Shown here in pieces: positions 1 to 8,448 of a stretch of 64,000 bases of DNA. Made by a program: the position numbers and the translations under genes. The stretch is from Myxococcota bacterium (GTDB taxonomy: Bacteria > Myxococcota_A > UBA796 > UBA2385), in NCBI GenBank assembly GCA_044344255.1, contig JBIJDH010000013.1, positions 158,422 through 222,421 on the forward strand, read 5' to 3'. The stretch's first letter is position 1, and every line of letters starts with the position of its first letter. The notes beneath the pieces are model-generated. The model ran no database searches. It was not told where the DNA came from and saw only the letters and a program-made list of their open reading frames with translations.

Positions 1-487
1 TGAACCGGCTACCGTCCGAGAGGCGGGCGTCCACCATCGGGACGGACTCATCAATCCGGCGACCCACCCGCGACACGATTCGATCGATGACGTGGAGCAA
101 GTGGCGCTCATCTCGGAACCGGACGTCGGAGAGCTCCAGGCGCCCGCCGCGCTCGACGAAGATGCTGTCCGGGCCGTTGACCAGGATGTCGGTGACATCC
201 GGCATGCGGAGGAGGCGCTCGAGCGGGCCGTGGCCGAGGATCTCATCGAGGATGTCGTCGGAGAGGTCGTCCTGCTGGGCCTGCGTGAGCGGCAGGTTGC
301 GTGACCGCACCGTCTCGCCCAGGCGTCGCCGCAGCTGCTGCTCCAGCTCCGGCCGAGGGATGTTCTTGATCGAGAGGGGATCCAAGGACTCCACCAGCTC
401 GCCATGGAGCTGCTGCATGATCTTCTGGTAGACCGCGTCTCGAGTCGGAGACCCCGCCGCGGGCGCATTGACGAGGCTGAAGGTCAT
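1..487 (-). CDS. cpaF: CpaF/TadA pilus assembly ATPase, N-terminal part (runs off window)
   Basis: Manual translation from ATG at 487 gives ...DILDEILGHGPLERLLRMPDVTDILVNGPDSIFVERGG...IDRIVSRVGRRIDESVPMVDARLSDGSRF, the CpaF signature; ATGA overlap with the cpaE stop. Confidence 0.93.
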   Translation of the reverse strand, partial: MTFSLVNAPAAGSPTRDAVYQKIMQQLHGELVESLDPLSIKNIPRPELEQQLRRRLGETVRSRNLPLTQAQQDDLSDDILDEILGHGPLERLLRMPDVTDILVNGPDSIFVERGGRLELSDVRFRDERHLLHVIDRIVSRVGRRIDESVPMVDARLSDGSRF

Positions 488-1251
488 CTCAGGCTCCCAG
501 GCCAGAACTTCCAGGTGTGTGCGGGGGCGGGCTTCTCGGTCAGCTTGTCCCACGCGGCGGCGATGTCCCGGACAAAGTCTGAGGAGCCATGGAGCTCTTT
601 CACGATCTTTCCATTTCGGGCTGCATCCGCGCAGGCCGGATGGTCCCGCCGAAACGTGGCATGGATCTTCACCTTGAGGAGGGCCTCGATGTCTGCCTCC
701 GAGAGATCCGGATAACGAAACAGCTGGCTGAGCACTAGCCAACGGCGATCATCTGAGACGCCCACCTCTCGGAGGAGGGCCAAGAGGCGGACCACGTTCT
801 GGATCGCCAGCACGTCCGCCGTCGCGACGATCATCACGCGGTCCGCCACGTGAACGGCGGCCAGCATCGCCTCGCTGACGCTGTCGCCACAGTCTACAAG
901 GACGAGGTCCCAAGTCTGCCGGGCCACATCGAGGAGGTGAGTCACCTCCTCTCGCGTGGGCCGGACGAGCTGGCTGAGCTCGGTGGGCTGCGCCAGGATC
1001 GAGCACCGAGGGCCCGCGGAGAGCGCGCTGCCCCGGAGCTTGGCCGGATCGAGGGAGTCGGTCAACAGCTTCGGGATCGAGACCGCAGGGGACAGGTTGA
1101 GGAGACCGGCGAGGTCGCCCCGCCCGAAGTCGAGGTCCAAGGCGCACACCGTTCGACTGGACGCCAGCTCGGCCGCGAGGTTCGCGGTCAGGGTCGTGGT
1201 CCCGCAGCCCCCGCGCGCGCCGACCACCGCGACCACCCTCGGCTCCTCCAT
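484..1251 (-). CDS. cpaE: CpaE/TadZ-like MinD/ParA-family pilus ATPase, no N-terminal receiver domain
   Basis: Deviant P-loop VVGARGGCGTTT, LDLDFGRGD, LVLVDCG; lies between cpaB and cpaF. Confidence 0.85.
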   Translation of the reverse strand: MEEPRVVAVVGARGGCGTTTLTANLAAELASSRTVCALDLDFGRGDLAGLLNLSPAVSIPKLLTDSLDPAKLRGSALSAGPRCSILAQPTELSQLVRPTREEVTHLLDVARQTWDLVLVDCGDSVSEAMLAAVHVADRVMIVATADVLAIQNVVRLLALLREVGVSDDRRWLVLSQLFRYPDLSEADIEALLKVKIHATFRRDHPACADAARNGKIVKELHGSSDFVRDIAAAWDKLTEKPAPAHTWKFWPGSLR

Positions 1252-1254
1252 GGC

Positions 1255-2289
1255 TCACTTCCCTCGATTGTTCGACGCGCCGCCCGTCTTCGGTCGGCCA
1301 CCCTTCTGTCCCGTAGTGCCCACCTTCTCTCCGCCTTCAAACTGGACCGTCTCCTCTCGGCCGCCCTGGATGACGGTCGCGCTGCCCGAGCCGCCAGGCG
1401 CCGCCGCGCGGGTCGCGGTGCGGCTCGGGGCGCGCGCCTCCTTGACCGACTGCACCAGCTGCTCCCGCGCCGCGCTCGGGTCTGGGTTGATGTCGAGCAT
1501 GCCTGCGGTCCCCAAGGGGTTGCCCTGGGTGATGAGCTCGAGGTCGTCTCGGGCCCGCAGCGAGAGGTAGAGCTCACCGCGCGCGGTGGCCATGGCCAGC
1601 TTCTCCACCTCGTCCGGCACGACCTCAAGGGTGGCGAAGATGTCACGGGGGACCGTCGCGGCCTTCCGCTCCTTGCCGGCCTTGCCGCTGGGGCGGGCCG
1701 GTGCATCGGCAACGCCGAGCACCTCGTCCCCCACCGCGAGCACGCGGATGGCCTGGAGGATGGTCTCGGTGACGTAGCCCGTGCTTGCGCCGCCCGCGGT
1801 GACGTCCGGCCGGATGGTGACGACCACGTCGACAAAAGCCCCGGGGCTGAGCATCCCCCCCACCCCAGAGGCGGCGTCGAGCTTCACGGTCACCGCGCGG
1901 GTGCCGGGCTTGAGCAAGGTCTCGGCGAGGGTCATCGAATTGCCGGTGGTCAGGCGCTCGGTGCGCAGGGGCTCTCCTGCGATGATCCGCTCGATCACCA
2001 TCTCCCCGAGGAGGTCCTCCTTGTTCGTGAAGCGGCTCTCCATCGGCAGCGAGGCCGGCACCGGCCCGAGCACCATGTCGGTCGCGGTCAACACCGACCC
2101 GGCGCCGAGGTCGCGCGTGGCCACCAAGGCCTCGGTGGTGGCCTGCGATTGGCGAGCGTCCACGAGCTCTTCTTGGAAGGAGCTGACCACCCACCAGGCC
2201 CCGAAGGCGGTCAGGCCCGCGACCGCCACGGCCAGGCCGAGGAAGAGCAAGGAGCGATCGGCGCCTTTCGGTGCGACAGGTTCAGTCAA
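1255..2289 (-). CDS. cpaB: CpaB/RcpC Flp pilus assembly protein (SAF + RcpC)
   Basis: N-terminal TM; LVATRDLGAGSVL (SAF); PGTRAVTV, GVGGMLSPGAFVDV, ILQAIRVLAVG, TLEV..E.EKL..A...GELYLSLR. Confidence 0.92.
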   Translation of the reverse strand: MTEPVAPKGADRSLLFLGLAVAVAGLTAFGAWWVVSSFQEELVDARQSQATTEALVATRDLGAGSVLTATDMVLGPVPASLPMESRFTNKEDLLGEMVIERIIAGEPLRTERLTTGNSMTLAETLLKPGTRAVTVKLDAASGVGGMLSPGAFVDVVVTIRPDVTAGGASTGYVTETILQAIRVLAVGDEVLGVADAPARPSGKAGKERKAATVPRDIFATLEVVPDEVEKLAMATARGELYLSLRARDDLELITQGNPLGTAGMLDINPDPSAAREQLVQSVKEARAPSRTATRAAAPGGSGSATVIQGGREETVQFEGGEKVGTTGQKGGRPKTGGASNNRGK

Positions 2290-2448
2290 CTCGCCTCCGG
2301 CGACGCGGGCCCCGCCGCGGGAGGGTGCGACCTGGGACGAGGGCCTGCGGTCAAGACCTGGAGCTGAGGCGAGCCCCAGGCATGTGAGTGTTAGCTCGTA
2401 TCGCCCCGCCCCACCCTTGTCATGGAGGGCCGCTCCTCTGCAGGGCGC

Positions 2449-3759
2449 TCACTCGACGAGCGCGACCGGCAGCGAATTGGCGATGTCCTCGAAGATGGGG
2501 ATGAGCGCCGCTGAGCTCGCCGTATTGGTGTAGTAGCCCACCCCCTTCGGCATCGTCTGCATGAACGGACCTGTTTGAACAAATGAGATGACCCATGTGT
2601 TTACGCCATCTGCGTCATACATGTTGGTGGTCAAGGTGTTTGACTCCGTCTTGATCTGGGTGGTCGTGTGCGGCACGGCGCCGATCAGCTCTCGCCAACG
2701 CACCTCATTGTAACCGAGCTGAGTTCGAAACACTCCATTGGTCGCTGACAGTCCGTTCGGTATGCCATCGGTGAGCACCACCATCGCTCGGAAGGCGGTG
2801 GGGTCGCTCTGTTCGAGGAACATCGTACGGGCCAGCGTGATCCCCACGGTGTGATCGGTGCCGGGCTCATCGGTGTACTCACGCGGCATCGCCGGATAGC
2901 AACCCCCCGTCGGGCTGGTGAACACGTTACGAGCCGCGTTCTTCGTCGTCGGGCTGGTGTCCGACTTGAGGGAGCACTCCTGTGGGAACACTCGGCCGGT
3001 GCCACCCTTGCTCGCGACGTTCAACAGGAGCCAATTCGAACGTGCGGTGTGGCTGGTCACCTCGTCGCGAATGTAGCTCATCGGTGTGTACTCGAGTGCG
3101 TACCGACCGGTGAAGATCGACATCCCAAACATGTCATGCTGTCCATACGCGTTCTCGAAGACGTCCAAGAACGCGATCGACGCGTCTCGCGCGTTCCGGA
3201 AGTTGGTCTGGTTCCAGGATCCGGTGATGTCCATGACGAGCACGATGTGAAGCGCCTGAGTGGCCGCCGTCGCGCTCCGCCGGACGTCGGCCTCTGTCAG
3301 GCCGAAGATCCCAGCGAGAAACAGCTGAATGGCGTGCTCGCCCGCGCGGGAGACCGTCACCCGCACGGCGTTCGGGCTGGTCTCGGTCGCCGTGAAGGCC
3401 GGCGGGACGCTCCGGTAGTCCCACTGTCCGAAGGTCACCCCATCGAGGGTGGGCACCTCGCCGATGACCTCGTTCTGCGCCACCAGGAGCTCGGCCGCGG
3501 CGCGCGCGTTGGCGACGTCGCCGGTGCGACGGAGTCGGTACACCGCGGCTTGGGCGGCGGCGTCGGCGATGTCTTGGGCCTCCAGCTCCGCGAGACGGAT
3601 GATGGTCATGTCGATCGCGAGCGCGCCGAAGCCAAGGAGGACGACGATGGCAAAAGCGAACAAGATCGCGTAAGCGCCCCGCTCTCCGCGCGCGGCCAGG
3701 ACACCGAGCCGGGCGCTCACACGCCGGCGTCCACGGTGAAACAGCCTGGATACGTCCAC
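2449..3759 (-). CDS. tadG: TadG-like pseudopilin/tip adhesin with vWA domain
   Basis: ERGAYAILFAFAIVVLLGFGALAID, AQDIADAAAQAA, PNAVRVTV; vWA MIDAS-like LVMDITGS ... VLTDG. Confidence 0.85.
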   Translation of the reverse strand: MDVSRLFHRGRRRVSARLGVLAARGERGAYAILFAFAIVVLLGFGALAIDMTIIRLAELEAQDIADAAAQAAVYRLRRTGDVANARAAAELLVAQNEVIGEVPTLDGVTFGQWDYRSVPPAFTATETSPNAVRVTVSRAGEHAIQLFLAGIFGLTEADVRRSATAATQALHIVLVMDITGSWNQTNFRNARDASIAFLDVFENAYGQHDMFGMSIFTGRYALEYTPMSYIRDEVTSHTARSNWLLLNVASKGGTGRVFPQECSLKSDTSPTTKNAARNVFTSPTGGCYPAMPREYTDEPGTDHTVGITLARTMFLEQSDPTAFRAMVVLTDGIPNGLSATNGVFRTQLGYNEVRWRELIGAVPHTTTQIKTESNTLTTNMYDADGVNTWVISFVQTGPFMQTMPKGVGYYTNTASSAALIPIFEDIANSLPVALVE

Positions 3760-3785
3760 TTTTACCTTCCAGCCGGGTGAGATGC

Positions 3786-4229
3786 CTACTGTTGCTGGGT
3801 CATCATGGTGAAGCGGGCCGTGGCGACGTCGGGCAAGAAGCGGACCAGCCCGACCGCCGGTGAGAAGGGGATCGACACCTCCACCTTGACGAACCAGGTG
3901 GTCTCCACCAGGAACCAGCTCGCCGTCACATTGCAGGCAAGCCCACAGGTGTGACCGAGCTCGTCGAGCAACAAGACGGCCTGATCTTCGGCGGCCTGCT
4001 CAATCAGGGCGCCGGTGGGCGCGGGGCCCTCCATCACGGAGGAGCCCACCCGGGCCCCCTCCCGCGCGGCGCGGGAGACGAAGGCGATGTTGCGGACGAA
4101 CACGGCGAGATCGATGACCGCGCCCACGAGGATGAGCAGGATCGGCAAGCACAACGCGAACTCCACCGCGTCTCCGCCCGCCCGCGCGCGCCGTTGACGG
4201 GGCGCCTTACCGGACCGAGGCGACGTCAT
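3786..4229 (-). CDS. tadE: TadE-like minor pilin
   Basis: RAGGDAVEFALCLPILLILVGAVIDLA...AAREGARVG; ATG at 4229 overlaps the upstream stop. Confidence 0.85.
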   Translation of the reverse strand: MTSPRSGKAPRQRRARAGGDAVEFALCLPILLILVGAVIDLAVFVRNIAFVSRAAREGARVGSSVMEGPAPTGALIEQAAEDQAVLLLDELGHTCGLACNVTASWFLVETTWFVKVEVSIPFSPAVGLVRFLPDVATARFTMMTQQQ

Positions 4230-4669
4230 CGCTGCCACTCCATCCGAGCGGCCATCGTCGCCGACATGTTCGCGCTGCGCAAGGCGAGGCCCACGAGGGG
4301 ATCGACCGCGTGGGTCACGGTGCACCGCAGGTTGCGCGTCGGTCGGACGCCGAAGGGCTCGATGGTGATCAGGCAGTCCGCCGGGTCACAGGCGAGCCCG
4401 CCGCCCGCCAAGGAGGCGCGGAGCGCGTCGGCGGTCGCGGTCTGCAGGGCCAGGAGGTCGATGTCGTCCTTCCCCGGGTCTCGCAGCGCGCCGACCCGGC
4501 AGGCCGCGGTCACGGCGGCGTCCAGGGCCGAACGCTGGTAGGCCATCCAGCCGAAGTCGAAGATCGCCGCCAACATCCCGACGAAGACAGGGAGTAACAT
4601 ACTGAATTCCGTGGTCTCTGAGCCGAGGCGACCTCGCCTCCTGCTGGCCCCGCGGAGCGCGCTCAGCAT
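4226..4669 (-). CDS. tadE: TadE-like minor pilin
   Basis: RLGSETTEFSMLLPVFVGMLAAIFDFG...ALDAAVTAACRVGA; start moved to ATG 4669. Confidence 0.8.
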   Translation of the reverse strand: MLSALRGASRRRGRLGSETTEFSMLLPVFVGMLAAIFDFGWMAYQRSALDAAVTAACRVGALRDPGKDDIDLLALQTATADALRASLAGGGLACDPADCLITIEPFGVRPTRNLRCTVTHAVDPLVGLALRSANMSATMAARMEWQR

Positions 4670-4709
4670 GACGGACTCCCGGTCAGAATTTGCCGTTCTC
4701 ACCCCTCCC

Positions 4710-5696
4710 CTAACCCAGCCGGCCCCCGCCGCCGTCACCCGGGGAGCCCTCATCGTGTCTGCCCTCCGTCCAGCGTCCTCCGCCGAGCGGGTAGGGTAGC
4801 GGTCGCCCGGCGACGAAGGCGGAGACGCTGGCCACGAGCCCGGCCGATACCGCCGCCGCCAGCCCCTCGTGGTAGCCCGCGGCGTGGGGCAGCAGCACGA
4901 GGCCGGGGAGGTCGGCCGAGCGCGCCATCCCGGGCCATGGCTCGGTCGCGAAGACGTCGAGGCCCAGGTACGCGAGGTGGCCCGCCTCGAGCGCCTCAAT
5001 CGCCGCGGGGACGTCCACGCTCTCGCCCCGCGCCGTGTTGACCAGCACGAGGCCGGGGCGCACTACCTCGAGGGCCGCGCGGGAGATCAGGCCCCGACTG
5101 CGGTCATTGAGGTCACAGTGCAAGGTGATGGCCGAGCAGCGCTGCAGCATCTCCTCGACCGAGCACGGCTCGACACCCGCCGGGAGGCCGGCTGGGTCGT
5201 CCCCGAGGACCTGCGCCCCAAAGGCCTGGAGGAGGCTCGCCACACGTCGCCCGATCACGCCCAGGCCGACCACGCCCACCGGCTGATCTCGGAGCAGCCG
5301 CATCCCAAGGCTCGGCAGCTCTCTTCGCGCCCAGCGCCCGGCGAGCGCCGCCGCCCGCAATGACCCATGCGCCCGCAGCCCGTCGAGCAAGAGGCCGAGC
5401 GTGGTCTCCGCGACCGCGTCCCGCCGGGCCTCCGGGGTCCGCCCCGCCAACACGCCGAGCGCGGCGAGCGCTGGCAGATCGAGGTGATCGGCGCCGCTCG
5501 TGGTGGTGAGCAGCAGCCGCGCGCTCGGCGCCCGCTGCCGAAGCTCCGCACCCACCCGCTCCTTGCTCGTGACGACGACGATCTCCGCGTCGGCCCCAGG
5601 CTCGAGCACGGTGACATGCGCGGCCAGCGCGGCCCGCTCGGCCGCCAGGTGTGCGTCTGTCTCGTACTCGCTTCGTCCCCAACGGCTCAGGCGCAT
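4710..5696 (-). CDS. D-isomer-specific 2-hydroxyacid dehydrogenase family protein
   Basis: GVVGLGVIG, ITLHCDL, VNTARG, LGLDVF..EP, PHAAG. Confidence 0.9.
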   Translation of the reverse strand: MRLSRWGRSEYETDAHLAAERAALAAHVTVLEPGADAEIVVVTSKERVGAELRQRAPSARLLLTTTSGADHLDLPALAALGVLAGRTPEARRDAVAETTLGLLLDGLRAHGSLRAAALAGRWARRELPSLGMRLLRDQPVGVVGLGVIGRRVASLLQAFGAQVLGDDPAGLPAGVEPCSVEEMLQRCSAITLHCDLNDRSRGLISRAALEVVRPGLVLVNTARGESVDVPAAIEALEAGHLAYLGLDVFATEPWPGMARSADLPGLVLLPHAAGYHEGLAAAVSAGLVASVSAFVAGRPLPYPLGGGRWTEGRHDEGSPGDGGGGRLG

Positions 5697-5723
5697 CGGC
5701 TCACCTTCCGCGGCTCTGCGGCA

Positions 5724-7271
5724 TCAACGCTCCAGGTACCCGAGGGCCCGCAAGGCGTCGACGGTGTCCCCGTCCACCGCCTCGGGGTCGCTCTGCGGCG
5801 GCGACCGGACATCGAGGACGTAGCGCCCGTCTGCCTGTCGGAGCGCGAAGGCCCGGCCGGCCCGGAGGCCGCCCACCGGGATCGCGATCAACGCCGGCGC
5901 GTCGGCGAGCTCCTCCCCCGCGGACAGCCCTGCGGCGGAGAGGAGGCTGTCGGCGAGGGCGGTGAGCGGCACGGGTGCCTCGATGCGGCGCCCCGGGGCC
6001 GTCCCCGGGCGGAGGGAGAGCTCGACCAGGAGCTGGGCATCGTCGAGGGCGCTGCCGTGCCCGAAGTGCCCCCCCTCCCCGAAGGCCTCTCCGTGATCGG
6101 AGGTCAGCGCGATCACGACCCCCGGCGGCGCCGCGGCGATCAGGTGATCCGTCAGCCGGCAGGTGGCCTGGACGTTGTCCTGCCACGCCGCCCGCCAGCC
6201 TGCGGGATCTTCGCCGGCGTCCCGGCCGAGCGGCATCCGACGGTACTCGTGGGGTCCGAGGAGGTGGACCCAGGTGAAGCGGGGGGCGTCGCCCGGACCG
6301 CGCAGCGAGGCCAGGGCCCCCTCCACGAGGCGCTCATCCCGCTCCAGCCGGACCCGGTCGTGGACCCGCCCCGAGAGGCGGCTCCAGAGGCCGAAGGCGG
6401 CGTGGGTGAAGGTGACGGGATCCCGAGCCCGGTCGCTGTGGTTCCAACGGGCGAAGCCCTCGGCGAAGCCGTTCTCCACCCGAAGGTGCGGGTTCGAGAC
6501 CCAGGCCTCCGTGCGGTAGCCCGCCGCCGCGAGGGCCGAGACGAAGCTCGGGTGCCCGGGTGCCCGCGTGGTGAAGCCCGCCGCAGTCGGCAGCCCGCCG
6601 CCGTGCTCGACCACCGGCTCTCCCGTGAAGAGGGAGTGGAAGGAGGGGAGCGTCCAGGGCGCGGCGGCCACCGCGCTCGAGTAGTGCGTCCAGCCCTCGA
6701 TGGCCCCGCCCTGGCCCTGGGTAGCCCCCTCCGAGCAGCCTGGGCGGAGGCCTCCGTCGGCGCGCACGGTGTCCACCGTGATGAGCAGGATGTCCGGCAG
6801 ATTCACGATATATTCAGGTATAACGGTTGTTACATTACGATACAGCCCTTCACTTGCTCCCACGGGGAGCGAGTCGGGTCGGGCAGCCCGCAAGGCGGGC
6901 GTCGCCAGGGCGCCGAGCACGCTCAGTCCGAGGGCGAGGCGGGGCCGTGGGAGGCCGACCAGACCAAGGAGCAGCACGGCGGCCCAGCCCCAGGACGGGG
7001 ACAGCCCACCGCCGCGCGCCGCCTCGGGCCCCCAGACCGCGGCCCAGGCGAGGACCCCCACCAGCACCGCGCGCGGGGGCCGAGCGAGGCTGGGGATCCC
7101 GTAGAGGAGCCCGAGGCCGAGGAGCCCGAGGCCGAGCTCCGACAGGCCCAGCGGCGGATCGAGCGGGCAGGGGGCGAGCGCCGCCACCGCAGCCTCCACG
7201 CCGATGAAGCCCGCCGCCGCCAGCGTAGCGGCGACGAGCGGAGGCAGCGGTGCGGGCCACGAACGCTTCAC
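5724..7271 (-). CDS. Membrane-anchored sulfatase-like (alkaline phosphatase superfamily) hydrolase/transferase
   Basis: N-terminal TM helices, then ILLITVDTVRAD, WTLPSFHSLFTG, WVHLLGPH, TSDHGE, C-terminal LRALGY; GTG start 7271 overlaps the upstream TGA. Confidence 0.8.
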   Translation of the reverse strand: MKRSWPAPLPPLVAATLAAAGFIGVEAAVAALAPCPLDPPLGLSELGLGLLGLGLLYGIPSLARPPRAVLVGVLAWAAVWGPEAARGGGLSPSWGWAAVLLLGLVGLPRPRLALGLSVLGALATPALRAARPDSLPVGASEGLYRNVTTVIPEYIVNLPDILLITVDTVRADGGLRPGCSEGATQGQGGAIEGWTHYSSAVAAAPWTLPSFHSLFTGEPVVEHGGGLPTAAGFTTRAPGHPSFVSALAAAGYRTEAWVSNPHLRVENGFAEGFARWNHSDRARDPVTFTHAAFGLWSRLSGRVHDRVRLERDERLVEGALASLRGPGDAPRFTWVHLLGPHEYRRMPLGRDAGEDPAGWRAAWQDNVQATCRLTDHLIAAAPPGVVIALTSDHGEAFGEGGHFGHGSALDDAQLLVELSLRPGTAPGRRIEAPVPLTALADSLLSAAGLSAGEELADAPALIAIPVGGLRAGRAFALRQADGRYVLDVRSPPQSDPEAVDGDTVDALRALGYLER

Positions 7272-8200
7272 GCGGGGACACGATCCCGCCAGCGCTTGCC
7301 GCTGTGGTACCACCAGGAGCGGGGCAGCCCCTGGCGGTCTCGGGTGGCGTCTCGGATCCGGGGGAGGGGCAGATCGAGCTGATCGGCCCTCACCTCGCCC
7401 ACCTCCACCGGGAAACGAAGGGTGGCCCTGCCAAAGACAGCGGTGTGATCGGGCAGGAGCTGGGTCTTGGTGCGGGTCGCCGCGAGGAAGACGCGCGCCG
7501 AGGGCCGCTCCGCGAGCCACCACGGGAGCTCGACGGTGGGACCGCCGACCCCACAGCGCCACCGCTGATCTCCGACCTCGACCTGGAGCTCCACGTCCGC
7601 CGGCGCATAGGGGCCGCGCCACTCCACCCGCCAACCACCGTCGGAGAGCAGGCGGACCGACTGCACGACCAGCCGATCCCCGAACTGGAGCGCCCCGGGC
7701 AGCGAGAGCGACCAGCCCTCCCCGCCGACGCTCCGCGCCGTCACCGGTTGCCAGCCAAGGTCGAGCTCCGCGCGCCGCACTCCCTCGTAGCGGCCCCGCT
7801 CCGGGTTCCAGGGCAGCGGCAGCTCATCGCTGACCTGGAGCGCGAAGGCCTCTACCGGCCGCGTTCCGGCGGGGCCCGGCTCGATCGGCCCACAGTGGTC
7901 CGGAGAGATCGCCGAGCGCGGCGGGGCGCGCCCGAGCAGGACCTTGGCCGTGGCCTCTGTCCGCTCGGGGCCAACACGAAGCTCATCGACGTCGGAGGAC
8001 ATCTCGATGATTACGCTGCGGCGAACCTCTCCGGCGAGCGAGACGAGCGATGTCGGCGGCGAGGGTGATCGACCGCCCAGGATCCCCTCGGTCGTCCCGA
8101 GCTGGGAGCCGAGGCTGTACGCGACGAGCAAGCCGACGAGCCAACCAAGCTGGAGCGTCCCGCGGGTCTTCTCGTCGGGGAGGGGCCGGTTCCACCGCAT
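7268..8200 (-). CDS. Hypothetical protein with N-terminal membrane anchor
   Basis: 310 aa ORF with hydrophobic segment LGWLVGLLVAYSLG; its stop overlaps the start of the sulfatase-like gene. Confidence 0.6.
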   Translation of the reverse strand: MRWNRPLPDEKTRGTLQLGWLVGLLVAYSLGSQLGTTEGILGGRSPSPPTSLVSLAGEVRRSVIIEMSSDVDELRVGPERTEATAKVLLGRAPPRSAISPDHCGPIEPGPAGTRPVEAFALQVSDELPLPWNPERGRYEGVRRAELDLGWQPVTARSVGGEGWSLSLPGALQFGDRLVVQSVRLLSDGGWRVEWRGPYAPADVELQVEVGDQRWRCGVGGPTVELPWWLAERPSARVFLAATRTKTQLLPDHTAVFGRATLRFPVEVGEVRADQLDLPLPRIRDATRDRQGLPRSWWYHSGKRWRDRVPA

Positions 8201-8348
8201 GTCACCCTCCCTGTATCCGGATGAAGGCCCACCGAGTCAACCCAAGCGCGGCGCGACGTGTTCCACGAGGGAGCACGACCGCGCCTGCGGCGGCGCAGCG
8301 GAATGCGCGCGGGCCCGTTGCCGACCCCTGGGGGGGGGCATTAGGAAC

Positions 8349-8362
8349 TGAATCACCATTCA
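8349..8362. promoter_or_regulatory. Palindromic operator candidate TGAAT-N4-ATTCA
   Basis: Perfect AT-rich inverted repeat in the divergent intergenic region, about 90 bp upstream of the acyl-CoA dehydrogenase. Confidence 0.5.
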
Positions 8363-8448
8363 CTGACCGCTGGTACGCAGCCCGCGCGACCCCGCCCGAT
8401 CATCCCATCGGGGGGCGAGGCCGGGCGACCAGCCTCCGAGGGAGCCCC

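Noticed and set aside
2290..2448. Hidden Flp pilin gene between tadG and cpaB
   Set aside because: No G-x4-EY motif with hydrophobic helix found by eye
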